A DNA stretch of 64,000 nt from Macrostomum hystrix (taxonomy: Eukaryota > Animalia > Platyhelminthes), in NCBI GenBank assembly GCA_950097015.1, contig CATNEN010000033.1, positions 1,612,001 to 1,676,000 on the forward strand. The letters are read 5' to 3'. The notes under the pieces were generated by a model. That model saw only the letters and a program-made list of their open reading frames with translations. It was not told where the DNA came from and made no database searches. Below are positions 1 to 13,400 of this stretch, one piece after another. Within the stretch, counting starts at the first letter, position 1, and every line of letters starts with the position of its first letter. Both the position numbers and the translations under genes were made by a program.

Positions 1-1303
1 ATGCAGGCCATGTTCACCCGGGGACGGCGGGCCGACAGCCTCGTTGATAGGGCGAGCAAAGCCTTCGGCCGGGCTGCGGGACACGTCAGTTCGGATGATC
101 TGTGGGATGTGTACAGGTGAACTTGATTGTGGGGTCGTAGCTTTTACCATAATCCGGCCATTTACATCTCCAAGATTATCTAAAATGAGATTTCCCATTC
201 CTAAGATTCCCGGCGAATGGGATTCCCACCCCCTAAAATGATCGATTATGGGATTTCCGCTCCCTAAGATTATCTACAATCGGATTTTCTTTCCAAGATG
301 ACCGTCGATTAGATTTTTCAGTCCCTAAGATTATCCCACTCATTAGACTCTCATTAGTCACTAACTTCGTTTAGCGACGATCCCTTGAATCCCCATACTG
401 AACGGTCGCTCATTCCCAATGCCCGCACCAGGCGGCTGGTGCAGCGCCTGTTTGACTCTCAGCAATGGGATCGGCTGGACCGGGCCACCACCTGGGCGCT
501 ATACCATCCCGCCTTCAGCGGCAACCGGCGCCGATGTGAGCAGATCAACCTGCTGGCCCTGACTGCGGCATTCTACACCGGCTCTCTGGACTCTGTGCTG
601 CAGATTGCCAGGGATTTCTGCTGCCGCTACCAGAAGAGCAGCGTGGGCGTCAACATCCTCGGCCTGCTGGCCTGCCTCACCCACTGCAGCGAGCGGGTGC
701 CGCTGCGGATGGCCTCCCGACTGCCCCGCCTCCGCTACCCGCTGCTGCTCCTGACTGCCCAGGGCTTCCTGCTCACCGGCAAGTACCGCCGGGCCCTGCT
801 GGCGCTCACCCACCTGCGCCGGGTGCGGCAGGACGATCCGCTGGTGCCCCTGCTGGCCGCCTCCGCCTTCGCCTCCCTGGCCTGTCAGCGGCATCTGGCC
901 AATCGGCACTTCTTTGTGGCCAACGCCTGCGCCATGCTCACCTGCTATGCCCAGCTGCGGGCTCCGGGGGCCTCCGACTGCCAGGAAGTGGCCTACAACA
1001 CTGCCAGGTGAGCTTGCCCACACCTGCCCATCACCTTTGGCCCCCCGCTCTTTCTTCCGCGCATTTAATCTCTGCTGACCTGATCACTGCCGCAGGTGCC
1101 TGCACCGCCTCGGCCTGTTGCGTCACGCGGCTGCCGGCTACGAGCGGGCCCTGGCCGCCCGGCCCGAAGGCGACACGGCCGAGCAGCGTCGGCGCTATGA
1201 CCTGCGACTGCCGGCGGCGCACAACCTGCTGGTGCTGTACAAGGCTGTGGGCAACGAGGCCATGGTGGCAAGGCTGCTCAGGCAGCACCTGGTCATTGAC
1301 TGA
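1..1303 (+). CDS. GTF3C3: General transcription factor IIIC subunit 3 (TFIIIC102, TPR protein), 3' part; join(<1..116,375..1007,1096..1303)
   Basis: Two GT-AG introns, both phase 2, join the frames. The C-terminus DDPLVPLLAASAFASLACQRHLANRH...QEVAYNTAR|CLHRLGLLRHAAAGYERAL...DLRLPAAHNLLVLYKAVGN matches the recalled GTF3C3 C-terminal TPR region (QESFYNLGRGLHQLGL...DLRRDIAYNLSLIY). The N-terminus lies outside the window. Confidence 0.85.
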
Positions 1304-1749
1304 CTGCCAATCATTTGTCGTGCGAGTTTTTTTAGTTTGATTTTGCTATCGGTTGTTTTTTTTTAAAAATGTTTAACTATGCAGCTAGAATTTGGTCTCA
1401 GTGATCAAGCTACTCAATAGACACACGCCAACTTGTCAATAAAATGGTAACTCAAGCAACGCAACGCATGCCCAGCCGATGCTCGGATCTATTTTATCAG
1501 AATCACCTCAGCGTGTGCAGATAGTGAATCATCGTTTGTAATCGCTTGTTAGCAAAGTTTCTAAATCTCTCATTTTATATTATGTGTAAATAAATCACTG
1601 TAATACTACTCAGTGTGCAATTTATAGCGATGGTATCATATTGCGAAAGAAAGCTATTGTGTGTCTTCGAGCCAATCTCTGTTGCTTTTGAAATGCAATA
1701 CTTCCAGCCACTCACATACACCGGCTATAGCCTCCGCAAAGTATACTCT

Positions 1750-2370
1750 CCTTATCTGCCTCCCCACCCAACCCAATGTACATTCCCGATCTGCCTCCCC
1801 ACCCAACCCAATGTACATTCCCGATCTGCCTCCCCACCCAACCCAATGTACATTCCCGATCTGCCTCCCCACCCAACCCAATGTACGTTCCCGATCTGCC
1901 TCCCCACCCAACCCAATGTACATTCCCGATCTGCCTCCCCACCCAACCCAATGTACATTCCCGATCTGCCTCCCCACCCAACCCAATGTACATTCCCGAT
2001 CTGCCTCCCCACCCAACCCAATGTACATTCCCGATCTGCCTCCCCACCCAACCCAATGTACATTCCCGATCTGCCTCCCCACCCAACCCAATGTACATTC
2101 CCGATCTGCCTCCCCACCCAACCCAATGTACATTCCCGATCTGCCTCCCCACCCAACCCAATGTACATTCCCGATCTGCCTCCCCACCCACCCAAATCTA
2201 CATTCCCGATCTGCCTCCCCACCCACCCAAATCTACATTCCCGATCTGCCTCCCCACCCACCCAAATCTACATTCCCGATCTGCTTCCGCACCCACCCCA
2301 ATGTACATTTTCGATCTGCTCCCGCACCCAATTGTACATTCTCGGTCTGCTTCCGCACCCAACCCAATGT
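1750..2370. repeat. 35-nt tandem repeat (TACATTCCCGATCTGCCTCCCCACCCAACCCAATG), degenerating at the right end
   Basis: Periodicity read directly; lies between the convergent 3' ends of GTF3C3 and the WSC gene. Confidence 0.95.
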
Positions 2371-2565
2371 ACATTCCCTAATATGCCCCTACTTATCCTA
2401 GTGTACACACAGCCTATAATGACACACTTTAAAAGATAGAAAAGATGAAAAATCAAGTAAGCTGAGACGATGTGCAACCATGCCGGACTCTAGTTCTTAT
2501 CTATTTGCTGCTTATCAATTATTGAAGTCAATCGCATTGAGTCTTAGTCGATTCATTGTCTTTGT

Positions 2566-5500
2566 TCAGGTTCGGACATAGAATTTGTCGCCTACTACTC
2601 CAGCCGAGCTCGGGATCAGAGCGAAGCTCAGCAGGTAACATTTAGCCGACGGTTGCTGGGCAAACAGAACCGCCTGGCAACCATCGAGGCGGCTGCTGCA
2701 CACGGTTAGGCATCGCAGGATATTGGCGGCCTGCACCAGCTGGAAGCCTGTCTGAGTGGCAGGCGAGCTGAATGCGATGTAGGCTGGGACCCAGCTTCGC
2801 TTGAATGAATTCTGTTTGGGCCTGGTTACTGCAATTGATGGGGTGCAGTTGTCATTGCCAGCAGATATAGTCTGTGCTTTATTTTCCTCCAGCCAGAGGA
2901 GGAAACTTTTCCTTTATTTCCAATAAAAAACCTACCTTTAGAATCCCCAAATCCCATTCACGCTGCACCCTAGAATCCCCAGATCTCATTTTCATAGGGA
3001 AATCTGCGTTAAAAATTCTGAGTTCTGATTCACTTTAAAATTCGCAGATCCTATTTTCACAGGGAAATCTACCTTTAGAATTCCGGGATACCATTTACCC
3101 ATATAAATATAGGATTCTCTCACCTGTGGAGTAGATTATGGCATAGATGGAGCTGCGACTCTGTCCGCCGCAGTCGGGCGCGGGACCGCCCCCCGGGCAG
3201 GCCTTGTTGCACTCGCTGTCGCTGACGGAGCCCTGCGAGCCGTACGAGTTGGCGCAGAAGCACTCTCGCCCGTTCTGCAAGCCCAGGTAGCGAAACCCGC
3301 CGAGGCCGCAGACGCTGGCGCAGAACCCCAGCGACAGGCTCGAGTCGCTGATTACGCAGCCGTAGCTCTCCACCTGGGTGGGCAGGTTTTTAAGCGAATG
3401 ACCAGTCTTTTGAGTTCCTATCTCACTTCCCTTTAGTACACTCTAATCGCCTCCCCTTTCCCCATTCTCAAAACTCCTCCCCTTTCACCATTCTCAAAGC
3501 TCCTCCCTTTCCCAATTCTCATAATTCCTCCCCTTTCCTCATTCTCAAAGCTCCTCCCCTTTCCCCAATTTCATAACTCCTCCCCTTTCCCCATTCTCAA
3601 AACTCCTCCCCTTTCCCCATTCTCATAACTCCTCCCCTTTCCTCATTCTCAAAGCTCCTCCCCTTTCCCCAATTTCATAACTCCTCCCCTTTCCCCATTC
3701 TCAAAGCTCCTCCCCATTCCCCATTCTCAAAACTCCTCCTCTTTACCCATTCTCAAATCTCCTCCCCATTCCCCATTCTCATAACTCCTCCCCTTTCCTC
3801 ATTCTCATAACTCCTCCCCTTTCCCCATTCTCAAAGCTACTCCCCATTTCCCATTCTCATAACTCCTCCCCTTTCCTCATTCTCAAAGCTCCTCCCCTTT
3901 CCCCAATTTCATAACTCCTCCCCTTTCCCCATTCTCAAAACTCCTCCCCTTTCCCCATTCTCATAACTCCTCCCCTTTCCTCATTCTCAAAGCTCCTCCC
4001 CTTTCCCCAATTTCATAACTCCTCCCCTTTCCCCATTCTCAAAACTCCTCCCCTTTCCACATTCTCATAACTCCTCCCCTTTCCCCATTCTCATAACTCC
4101 TCCCCATTCCCCATTCTCAAAGCTACTCCCCTTTCCCCATTCTCAAAACTCCTCCCCTTTCCCCATTCTTATAACTCCTCCCCATTCCCCAATTTCATAA
4201 CTCCTCCCCTTTCCCCATTCTCAAAACTCCTCCCCATTCCCCATTCTCATAACTCCTCCCCATTCCCCATTCTCAAAGCTACTCCCCTTTCCCCAATTTC
4301 ATAACTCCTCCCCATTCCCCATTCTCAAAACTCCTCCCCTTTCCCCATTCTCAAAACTCCTCCCCTTTCCCCATTCTCATAACTCCTCCCCATTCCCCAT
4401 TCTCAAATCTCCTCCCCATTCCCCATTCTCAAAGCTCCTCCCCTTTCCCCATTCTCATAACTCCTCCCCTTTCCTCATTCTCAAAGCTCCTCCCCTTTCC
4501 TCATTCTCATAACTCCTCCCCTTTCCCCATTCTCATAACTCCTCCCCATTCCCCATTCTCAAAGCTACTCCCCATTCCCCATTCTCAAAGCTCCTCCCCT
4601 TTCCCCATTCTCATAACTCCTCCCCTTTCCCCATTCTTATAACTCCTCCCCTTTCCCCATTCTTATAACTCCTCCCCTTTCCTCATTCTCATAACTCCTC
4701 CCCTTTCCCCATTCTCATAACTCCTCCCCATTCCCCATTCTCAAAGCTACTCCCCTTTCCCCATTCTCATAACTCCTCCCCTTTCCCCATTCTTATAACT
4801 ACTCCCCATTCCCCATTCTCAAAGCTCCTCCCCTTTCCCCATTCTCATAACTCCTCCCCTTTCCCCATTCTTATAACTACTCCCCATTCCCCATTCTCAT
4901 AACTCCTCCCCTTTCCTCATTCTCAAAGCTACTCCCCATTCCCCATTCTCAAAGCTACTCCCCATTCCCCATTCTCATAATTCCTCCCCTTTCCCAATTC
5001 TCATAATTCCTCCCCTTTCCCCATTCTCAAATCTCCTCCCCTTTCCCCAATTTCATAACTCCTCCCCTTTCCCAATTCTCATAATTCCTCCCCTTTCCCC
5101 ATTCTCAAATCTCCTCCCCTTTCCCCATTCTCATAACTCCTCCCCTTTCCCCATTCTCATAACTCCTCCCCTTTCCCCATTCTCATAACTCCTCCCCTTT
5201 CCCCATTCTTATAACTCCTCCCCTTTCCCCATTCTCAAAGCTCCTCCCCATTCCCCATTCTCATAACTCCTCCCCTTTCCCCATTCTCATAACTCCTCCC
5301 CTTTCCCCATTCTCATAACTCCTCCCCTTTCCCCATTCTCATAACTCCTCCCCTTTCCCCATTCTTATAACTCCTCCCCTTTCCCCATTCTCAAAGCTAC
5401 TCCCCTTTCCCCATTCTCATAACTCCTCCCCTTTCCCCATTCTCATAACTCCTCCCCTTTCCCCATTCTCATAACTCCTCCCCTTTCCCCATTCTCATAA

Positions 5501-6427
5501 CTCCTCCCCTTTCCCCATTCTCATAACTCCTCCCCTTTCCCCATTCTTATAACTCCTCCCCATTCCCCATTCTCAAAACTCCTCCCCTTTCCCCATTCTT
5601 ATAACTCCTCCCCATTCCCCAATTTCATAACTCCTCCCCTTTCCCCATTCTCAAAACTCCTCCCCTTTCCCCATTCTCAAAACTCCTCCCCTTTCCCCAT
5701 TCTCATAACTCCTCCCCATTCCCCATTCTCAAATCTCCTCCCCATTCCCCATTCTCAAAGCTCCTCCCCTTTCCCCATTCTCATAACTCCTCCCCTTTCC
5801 CAATTCTTATAACTCCTCCCCTTTCCCCATTCTCATAACTCCTCCCCTTTCCCCATTCTCATAACTCCTCCCCTTTCCCCATTCTCATAACTCCTCCCCT
5901 TTCCCCATTCTCATAACTCCTCCCCTTTCCCCATTCTCATAACTCCTCCCCTTTCCCCATTCTCATAACTCCTCCCCTTTCCCCATTCTCATAACTCCTC
6001 CCCTTTCCCCATTCTCATAACTCCTCCCCTTTCCCCATTCTCATAACTCCTCCCCTTTCCCCATTCTCATAACTCCTCCCCTTTCCCCATTCTCATAACT
6101 ACTCCCCATTCACATCTTCCAATTATATCGCGTTAATTCTACTGAACGTGTATATTTAGTATTTTTATTACATGTTCCACCGCATTTGAGCAATGTGTGG
6201 TGGTTTGAGTAGTGCGATAAGCCAGAGTTCTCAGTGATGTGAGCAGTTCTGCATCCGCACTCTGAGCTCACCAAGTAGCTTCCCAGCTGGCTGATGCCTT
6301 GCAGACCGGTGAGATCCCTCACGCTGCCCTCGAAGTCCCTGTAGCAGCCCAGGTAGGAGTGCTCAGCGAGGCGGCTCTGAGCTCCGCTAACCCAGTGCGC
6401 CGCGATTAGAAGCAGTAGGCTGAGCAT
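2566..6427 (-). CDS. Secreted WSC-domain + PAN/apple-like protein, 222 aa; complement(join(2566..2828,3124..3373,6272..6427))
   Basis: Signal peptide MLSLLLLIAAHWVSG. WSC motif YLGCYRD...RDL...C...C...FRYLGLQNGRECFC.NSYG...C...CPG...CGG..R.SIY is split by a phase-0 intron. A third exon absent from the ORF track (acceptor TTGCAG at 2829, phase 1) encodes RCLTVCSSRLDGCQAVLF...KCYLL, a four-cysteine PAN-like pattern, and ends at TGA 2568-2566. Confidence 0.8.
3450..6110. repeat. 26-nt pyrimidine-rich minisatellite (AACTCCTCCCCTTTCCCCATTCTCAT), about 100 copies, filling WSC-gene intron 1
   Basis: Direct periodicity; bounded by the exon 1 donor (6271) and the exon 2 acceptor (3374). Confidence 0.97.
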
Positions 6428-7345
6428 GCTCGGCCCTGATGGGAGCGGGTGCTCACTTCGAAAAATGTCTATGTTTTATTTTAAACGATTGTTAGCGCCT
6501 GCAGTTTTAGCCGACCGGTTGAGAATGCCGACAGCCAATCAAAGGATCCCATAGCATCTAGTATAATATCTGGGCGTGCTGTGAAAACTCGCATTTGTTC
6601 AGAACAAAATTGCGGCACTAGTATTCAGTAGTAATGTATCGATTTTCCAAAAATTATAGATGAAACTACTCTTTTAGAAAAAGCATTTTACAGGAAAATA
6701 TCAAGTCCTCCTTGATCTCACTAAGAACACTTTATGGCGTCACTTGACTGAAAAAAACACTGCCTGAATATGATGAGACCGAAAAAGACACAATATTTTC
6801 GCATCAATAAACTTCTTTGAAAGTGAAAATATCGATTAAAAAACTGCCTCCGATGCGCATATACAATCTGTAATAACATGCAGTTCCGTGCCGAAAGCTT
6901 AGAGGTTTCATCGTTGGATCAGGAAATTTTGGGATGGTAAAAACGTCTATTAGTTCACACAGTGTTCACAGAATGTTTCCAATTGCAATCCGTGATGCCG
7001 CAAGTGAGTCAGTATAGAGGTATTATATATTTGATAAGAGCCGATATGTCATTGGGTTCATACAACGTGCATCAATATTTGATTGCGGCTCTAGTAGCAT
7101 AAAAATGAAATCTTCACTGCCATTTGACTTGCGGCCTCGCAGAAATCAATAAAGGTGAAATGGACTCCTAATCAAATATTTGCAGCCTTTGGTTTGCCTA
7201 TTTAAAACTCAACAATGCATTCATTAATCATTATATTCTGGTTTTGTGGCATCCTAAAGTGTTGATTTTATGTTTAATATGCAATCTACAACTTCCACTC
7301 CTATAATCCTCAAACGCTTTGTTAGGTGAGTTAAAAGTGTCCCCA

Positions 7346-7524
7346 ATGCTACTATGGTACAGGATTACCAGTCTCAATTCTACCAGTACAGGTTTACCAG
7401 TCTGAATGCTACCAGTACAGGATTACCAGTCGGAATGCTACCAGTACAGGATTACCAGTCGGAATGCAACCAGTACAGGATTACCAGTCGGAATGCTACC
7501 AGTACAGGATTACCAGTCTGAATG
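7346..7524. repeat. Short 29-nt tandem repeat (ACCAGTACAGGATTACCAGTCGGAATGCT)
   Basis: About 5-6 copies seen directly. Confidence 0.85.
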
Positions 7525-10432
7525 GTGCGAATTTAGAAGTCAAATAATACTACACGCAAAATAGTGTTCTTTACCTATTGGTTTACCAATTGGAGATTTA
7601 CCTGCATGAGTTCTACCTGTCGGAGATTTTTCAAGTCGGAGGTTTTTTAGTGACGCTACCAACAAAGTTTTACTATATATACTTATCTTTACTTACTACG
7701 AGCTCGTAGCCAGCTTTCTTGCCATTACTACTCTGAGCAGCAATGAAGTATTTTACCATTCTGCAACTTCTTATAAGTTACGCTCGTACAAGTAAAATCC
7801 AGTAAGCAAAATAAAAAAGTAACAAAGACTGCTAGGCAAGAGGAAGACCACCTTTCATTAAATTTGGCTAATAATTCTAATCCAAAAAAATCCTCCAGCC
7901 ATTCGAAATGAATCGAAAACTCGCACGACGTGAATGGTAGCAAACCCAAAGTGATCTACTTGCAGTAGATCTTTTGGAAGAGAACGCTTCTTTGAATCTG
8001 CACAATGGTTCCCACTTAAAATCAAGAAGTCTATGATTATTATTTGTTACCCAAAGACAAAGCTAGATCTAATTCAAGAACACCTTGAATCGAATGAAAA
8101 CAAACTCAAGTTTGAGCGATAAAATTCACATTCGATATAAAAATAAGTCATGTCACGCTGCCTAAAGTTATAAAACGTCATTGAAATAGCAGCACTCATA
8201 TCTCGCACAGTTAGTTTCTTCTGTCGTGTGAGCATCTTTTTGTCATAATTGTTTTTCTTTTTCCTGTACCTGATGCCAACCACATCATAAACCAAAGACG
8301 CCACCCGTCAGTGACTCGTCAGTTAGGCTCGGCGTTCCGCGTCTTGAGAGTGCGCCGCCTGTTTTTAAAGTCTGCAGTAAGTGCTTCAGAGACTTCGCCG
8401 TCGGGCAGAATGAGTGCTCGGAATGAATCCGATATAGGATCTGATCGACAGCTGACAGCGTAGACAGCACAGCAGGGCCTCGTCCGCAGAGTAGGTCGGG
8501 GTTAGCCGTTAGGCCAGCAAGGTATAATTATTATTATTCCCGCTATCTCCAGCATTTATTTACGCCTACTTAATCGCTATCATTAAATATTTTCTGTGCG
8601 TTCATAACTAGTGAGATTTTGGTCAGTCAATTGTTTTGTTTGCCGAGTTCTAGTCTGTACATGTCAAGGTATAAATTTAATCTCTAGTAAACTTTATTCT
8701 GGACTTTAGTTTTTTATCACTCAGTTAAGCGAGTGAATTAGAACAGTATTCCCTTCTCCAAATTAAATATATTCAAGTTTTTGTGTTTAAATCGTGTTGC
8801 TTTTCTGCATATTGGGACAGAATGTCGCCCATTTACTGACACCTAATATAGTGCGGCAAGACATCTGAGGCGGTTCCTAAATTGACACGTACGTTAACGT
8901 GGGCTGCATAATCGAATTGTTGTTGTTGATGTTTAGAGATTTAGCAAGGCTATCGGTTACTTGTATTGTAGTAAAAGTGAGTAAATTATCCTAAGTTGTC
9001 CCAATTACTATGAGTACGAAAAATGCTCAGCACCACATGTATTCATAGCTTTACTGATAGATAAAATGGAAAACATGGATTGTAAGTATTGTAGCACCAA
9101 AAAAAGAACTATGAGACAACGGGTCATTCTGGATCAAATAATCTAGTTGTGCTTGCATTGAATTATGCAAAACTTTGGTTGTGCCATGGCACCATTGAAG
9201 TCGAAAATGTTTGAGTTTGCTTACAAACCCCTTTAAGGTTTATAGAAAACGGAATAACTGTTTAGTTTAAAGGTTCTTGGGTCCACAGGACAGTTACAAT
9301 CAAACGTAAATGTTTCAGGATTTGAGTATACGGATTTTGTTGCAAACCCGCTAAATGTGCCGGAATGAAGGGTGTATAAATAAGAGAGAAACGTTTTAGC
9401 TAACGAAAAAACGCGGAAAGAAATTTTGACTGACACCAGTGAAAGGCATATCGAATAACACGATTGCGTGGTAGGCCTAGCTGGTAGGTTAAGCAATAAA
9501 AATACATGTAATTACAGGCAGGGTTGAGAATAACGATAATGTGTTAATGTATAGTGCCTAGGCTTTTAGTCCCTTGACAGTTTACGTTTACTCCATGTAT
9601 ATATTTTAAGTTGCAGTTATCAAAAGGGACAATATTAGTGTCTAAGCTAAAGTTATGGATTTTGTGCCTCCCTAGGTTTGTCTAAATGTTCCTTCTCCAG
9701 GCTTAATCCCTATAGATAGTCATTAAAGCAATATAGATCAATTTAAACCTTAAATCATTTTATTTCTATTGTTTGTAGGCCTATAGAAAATTAGGCAAAA
9801 ATAATTTTTTTATGCACCATTTTAATTGAAGTTCTGTTTGTTTCTTTTGAACAAGACTTTGTTCAAAATGGGAGATAAAATGGTGTAATGCTTAACACAA
9901 TCTTATTTGATAACTTTCTTAGCTAGTTACTTATAACTTTTCTATTTGCAAATTGCAAGTATAGGCCTAACACTTGAATAATTTGCTATTGTTTCCATGA
10001 ATGTTTTTATGCATAAGTAGGCACATTCTAAAAATTAAAATAAATAAAAAGAAACTTCTATACATTAAAAAAATAATTTTTTGGAGCACTGAGTTATTAA
10101 ACTTCAATTGATGCTAAAATAAAGTTTTCATTATTTTTGGTTTTAGAATAATGGAATGCGTAATAACTAGCTAGTGCAAATAGGTAAAGTACTATTTTTC
10201 CTAGACAGTTTAATTTTTTCATAGTCCTTGTCTTTGATTTGTTAAACAAATTTAATTTGAATTTAAAATAGTAATAAATTTTTATTGCAATTTAAATTTG
10301 GCTCATTCTTGCTTTGCAGCTCATCCTGCTAGACTTTCACAGGGTCTAAGCTGAGCATACACCAGCTATAATTCTTCAGAAAACACAAGCACTGTTTTAA
10401 GACCTCTGTTTTTTAAAGCTTCTTAAAAAGAC

Positions 10433-13400
10433 ATGCTTCGCGCCAAGACCATAGCCATGGCTCGGGTGCTAAGGGCATTTGAACGGCGTCTATCATCAGT
10501 CACTGCTGAGCCATTCTCGTCTGGCACCTCCTGTGGCTACATTGAGGATATGTATGCTGCCTGGCTCAAGGATCCAAAGTCAGTGCACCAGGTGCGTGCC
10601 ACAAGGATATTGGATTCAGTGACAAGGATATTGGATACAGTGACAGTGACAGAAAGATACAGTGACACACACAGGATGCAGTGACAAGGGTATTGGATAC
10701 AGTGACACATACAGGATACAGTGACAAAGATACAGTGACACATACAGGATACAGTGACAAGGGTATTGGATACAGTGACACATACAGGATACAGTGACAA
10801 GGGTATTGGATACAGTGACACATACAGGATACAGTAACAAGGGTATTGGATACAGTGACACATATGTACCAGGATACAGTGACAAAGATACAGTGACACA
10901 TACAGGATACAGTGACAAGGGTATTGGATACAGTGGCACATACAGGATACAGTGACAAGGGTATTGGATACAGTGACACATACAGGATACAGTGACAAGG
11001 GTATTGGATACAGTGACAATGATATTGGATACACTGACAATGGTATTGGATGGAGCGGCAAAGAGATCAAAAGGATAGAAAGTACGTAAAGTTAAAAATA
11101 GAATCGATTGGTGACAATAAAATACTTTGGTATACAGTGTACAATGTGTAGGGAGTCAGGGAAAGCAGGTTTCTTAGAGTTTGAATGCTTCCAAGAAGCA
11201 AACTTCATTGCTTCCCAACCCCTGCTGGGCACCCTTCAGTCGTGGAATTCCTACTTTAGCCGAGTGGTAGCTGGCGCCAGTCCGGGCCAGGCCTACACGT
11301 CGCCATTCGCCGGCGCCGTTTCATCTTTGCCTCGCGTGGCCACCGCCGTCGCTACTGCTTCCGTGGGCCCCTCTGGCGTTGTCGAACACTTCGGCGACGA
11401 GAAGTCCATTGAGGATCACCTGGCAGTGCAGGCGATTATTCGCTCTTATCAGGTAGGATTTGGACCACTTCTTAGAGCTGTCATTTTGTCATCCGTGTCA
11501 CTGAAAACACAGATAAGAGGATTGAGGAGTGTGACAAGGGGATTATTGAGTGTGACAGGGGAATTATTGAGTGTGACAGGGGAATTATTGAGTGTGACAA
11601 GGGGATTATTGAGTGTGACAGGGGAATTATTGAGTGTGACAGGGGAATTATTGAGTGTGACAGGGGAATTATTGAGTGTGACGGGAATTATGGAGTGTGA
11701 CAAGGGGATTATTGAGTGTGACAGGGGAATTATTGAGTGTGACAGGGGAATTATTGAGTTTGACAAGTGGAATTATTGAGTGTGACAGGGGAATTATTGA
11801 GTTTGACAGGGGAATTATTTAGTATGACAGGGGAATTATTGAGTGTGATAAGGGGATTATTGAGTGTGATAGGGGAATTATTGAGTGTGACAGGGGAATT
11901 ATTGAGTATGACAGGGGAATTATTTAGTATGACAGGGGAATTATTGAGTATGACAGGGGAATTATTGAGTGTGACAGGGGAATTATTGAGTATGACAGGG
12001 GAATTATTGAGTATGACAGGGGAATTATTGAGTATGACAGGGGAATTATTGAGTGTGACAGGGGAATTATTGAGTGTGACGGGAATTATGGAGTGTGACA
12101 AGGGGATTATTGAGTGTGACAGGGGAATTATTGAGTGTGACAGGGGAATTATTGAGTATGACAGGGGAATTATTGAGTATGACAGGGGAATTATTGAGTG
12201 TGACGGGAATTATGGAGTGTGACAAGGGGATTATTGAGTGTGACAGGGGAATTATTGAGTGTGACAGGGGAATTATTGAGTTTGACAAGTGGAATTATTG
12301 AGTGTGACAGGGGAATTATTGAGTATGACAGGGGAATTATTGAGTTTGACAAGTGGAATTATTGAGTATGACAGGGGAATTATTGAGTGTGACAGGGGAA
12401 TTATTGAGTTTGACAAGTGGAATTATTGAGTATGACAGGGGAATTATTGAGTTTGACAAGTGGAATTATTGAGTGTGACAGGGGAATTATTGAGTATGAC
12501 AGGGGAATTATTGAGTGTGACAAGTGGAATTATTTAGTATGACAGGGGAATTATTGAGTGTGACAGGGGAATTATTGAGTTTGACAAGTGGAATTATTTA
12601 GTATGACAGGGGAATTATTGAGTGTGACAGGGGAATTATTGAGTGTGACAGGGGAATTATTGAGTTTGACAAGTGGAATTATTGAGTGTGACAGGGGAAT
12701 TATTGAGAGTGACAGGGGAATTATTGAGTATGACAGGGGAATTATTGAGTATGACAGGGGAATTATTGAGTATGACAGGGGAATTATTGACTTTGACAAG
12801 TGGAATTATTTAGTATGACAGGGGAATTATTGAGTGTGACAGGGGAATTATTGAGTTTGACAAGTGGAATTATTTAGTATGACAGGGGAATTATTGAGTG
12901 TGACAGGGGAATTATTGAGTTTGACAAGTGGAATTATTGAGTATGACAGGGGAATTATTGAGTGTGACAGGGGAATTATTGAGTGTGACAGGGGAATTAA
13001 TGAGTATGACAGGGGAATTATTGAGTATGACAGGGGAATTATTGAGTGTGACAGGGGAATTATTGAGTGTGACAGGGGAATTAATGAGTATGACAGGGGA
13101 ATTATTGAGTATGACAGGGGAATTATTGAGTGTGACAGGGGAATTATTGAGTATGACAGGGGAATTAATGAGTATGACAGGGGAATTATTGAGTATGACA
13201 GGGGAATTATTGAGTGTGACAGGGGAATTATTGAGTGTGACAGGGGAATTAATGAGTATGACAGGGGAATTATTGAGTATGACAGGGGAATTATTGAGTG
13301 TGACAGGGGAATTATTGAGTATGACAGGGGAATTATTGAGTATGACAGGGGAATTATTGAGTTTGACAAGTGGAATTATTTAGTATGACAGGGGAATTAT

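Noticed and set aside
3450-6110. General rule that intronic satellites are G-rich (G-quadruplex-forming) on the sense strand
   Set aside because: True for WSC intron 1, OGDH intron 2 and one RhoGAP intron, but OGDH introns 7-9 are C-rich on the sense strand, so there is no consistent bias.
9000-9500. Possible decayed retroelement or transposase fragment (ORF 9233-9496)
   Set aside because: No recognisable RT, endonuclease or DDE motif in the frames examined.
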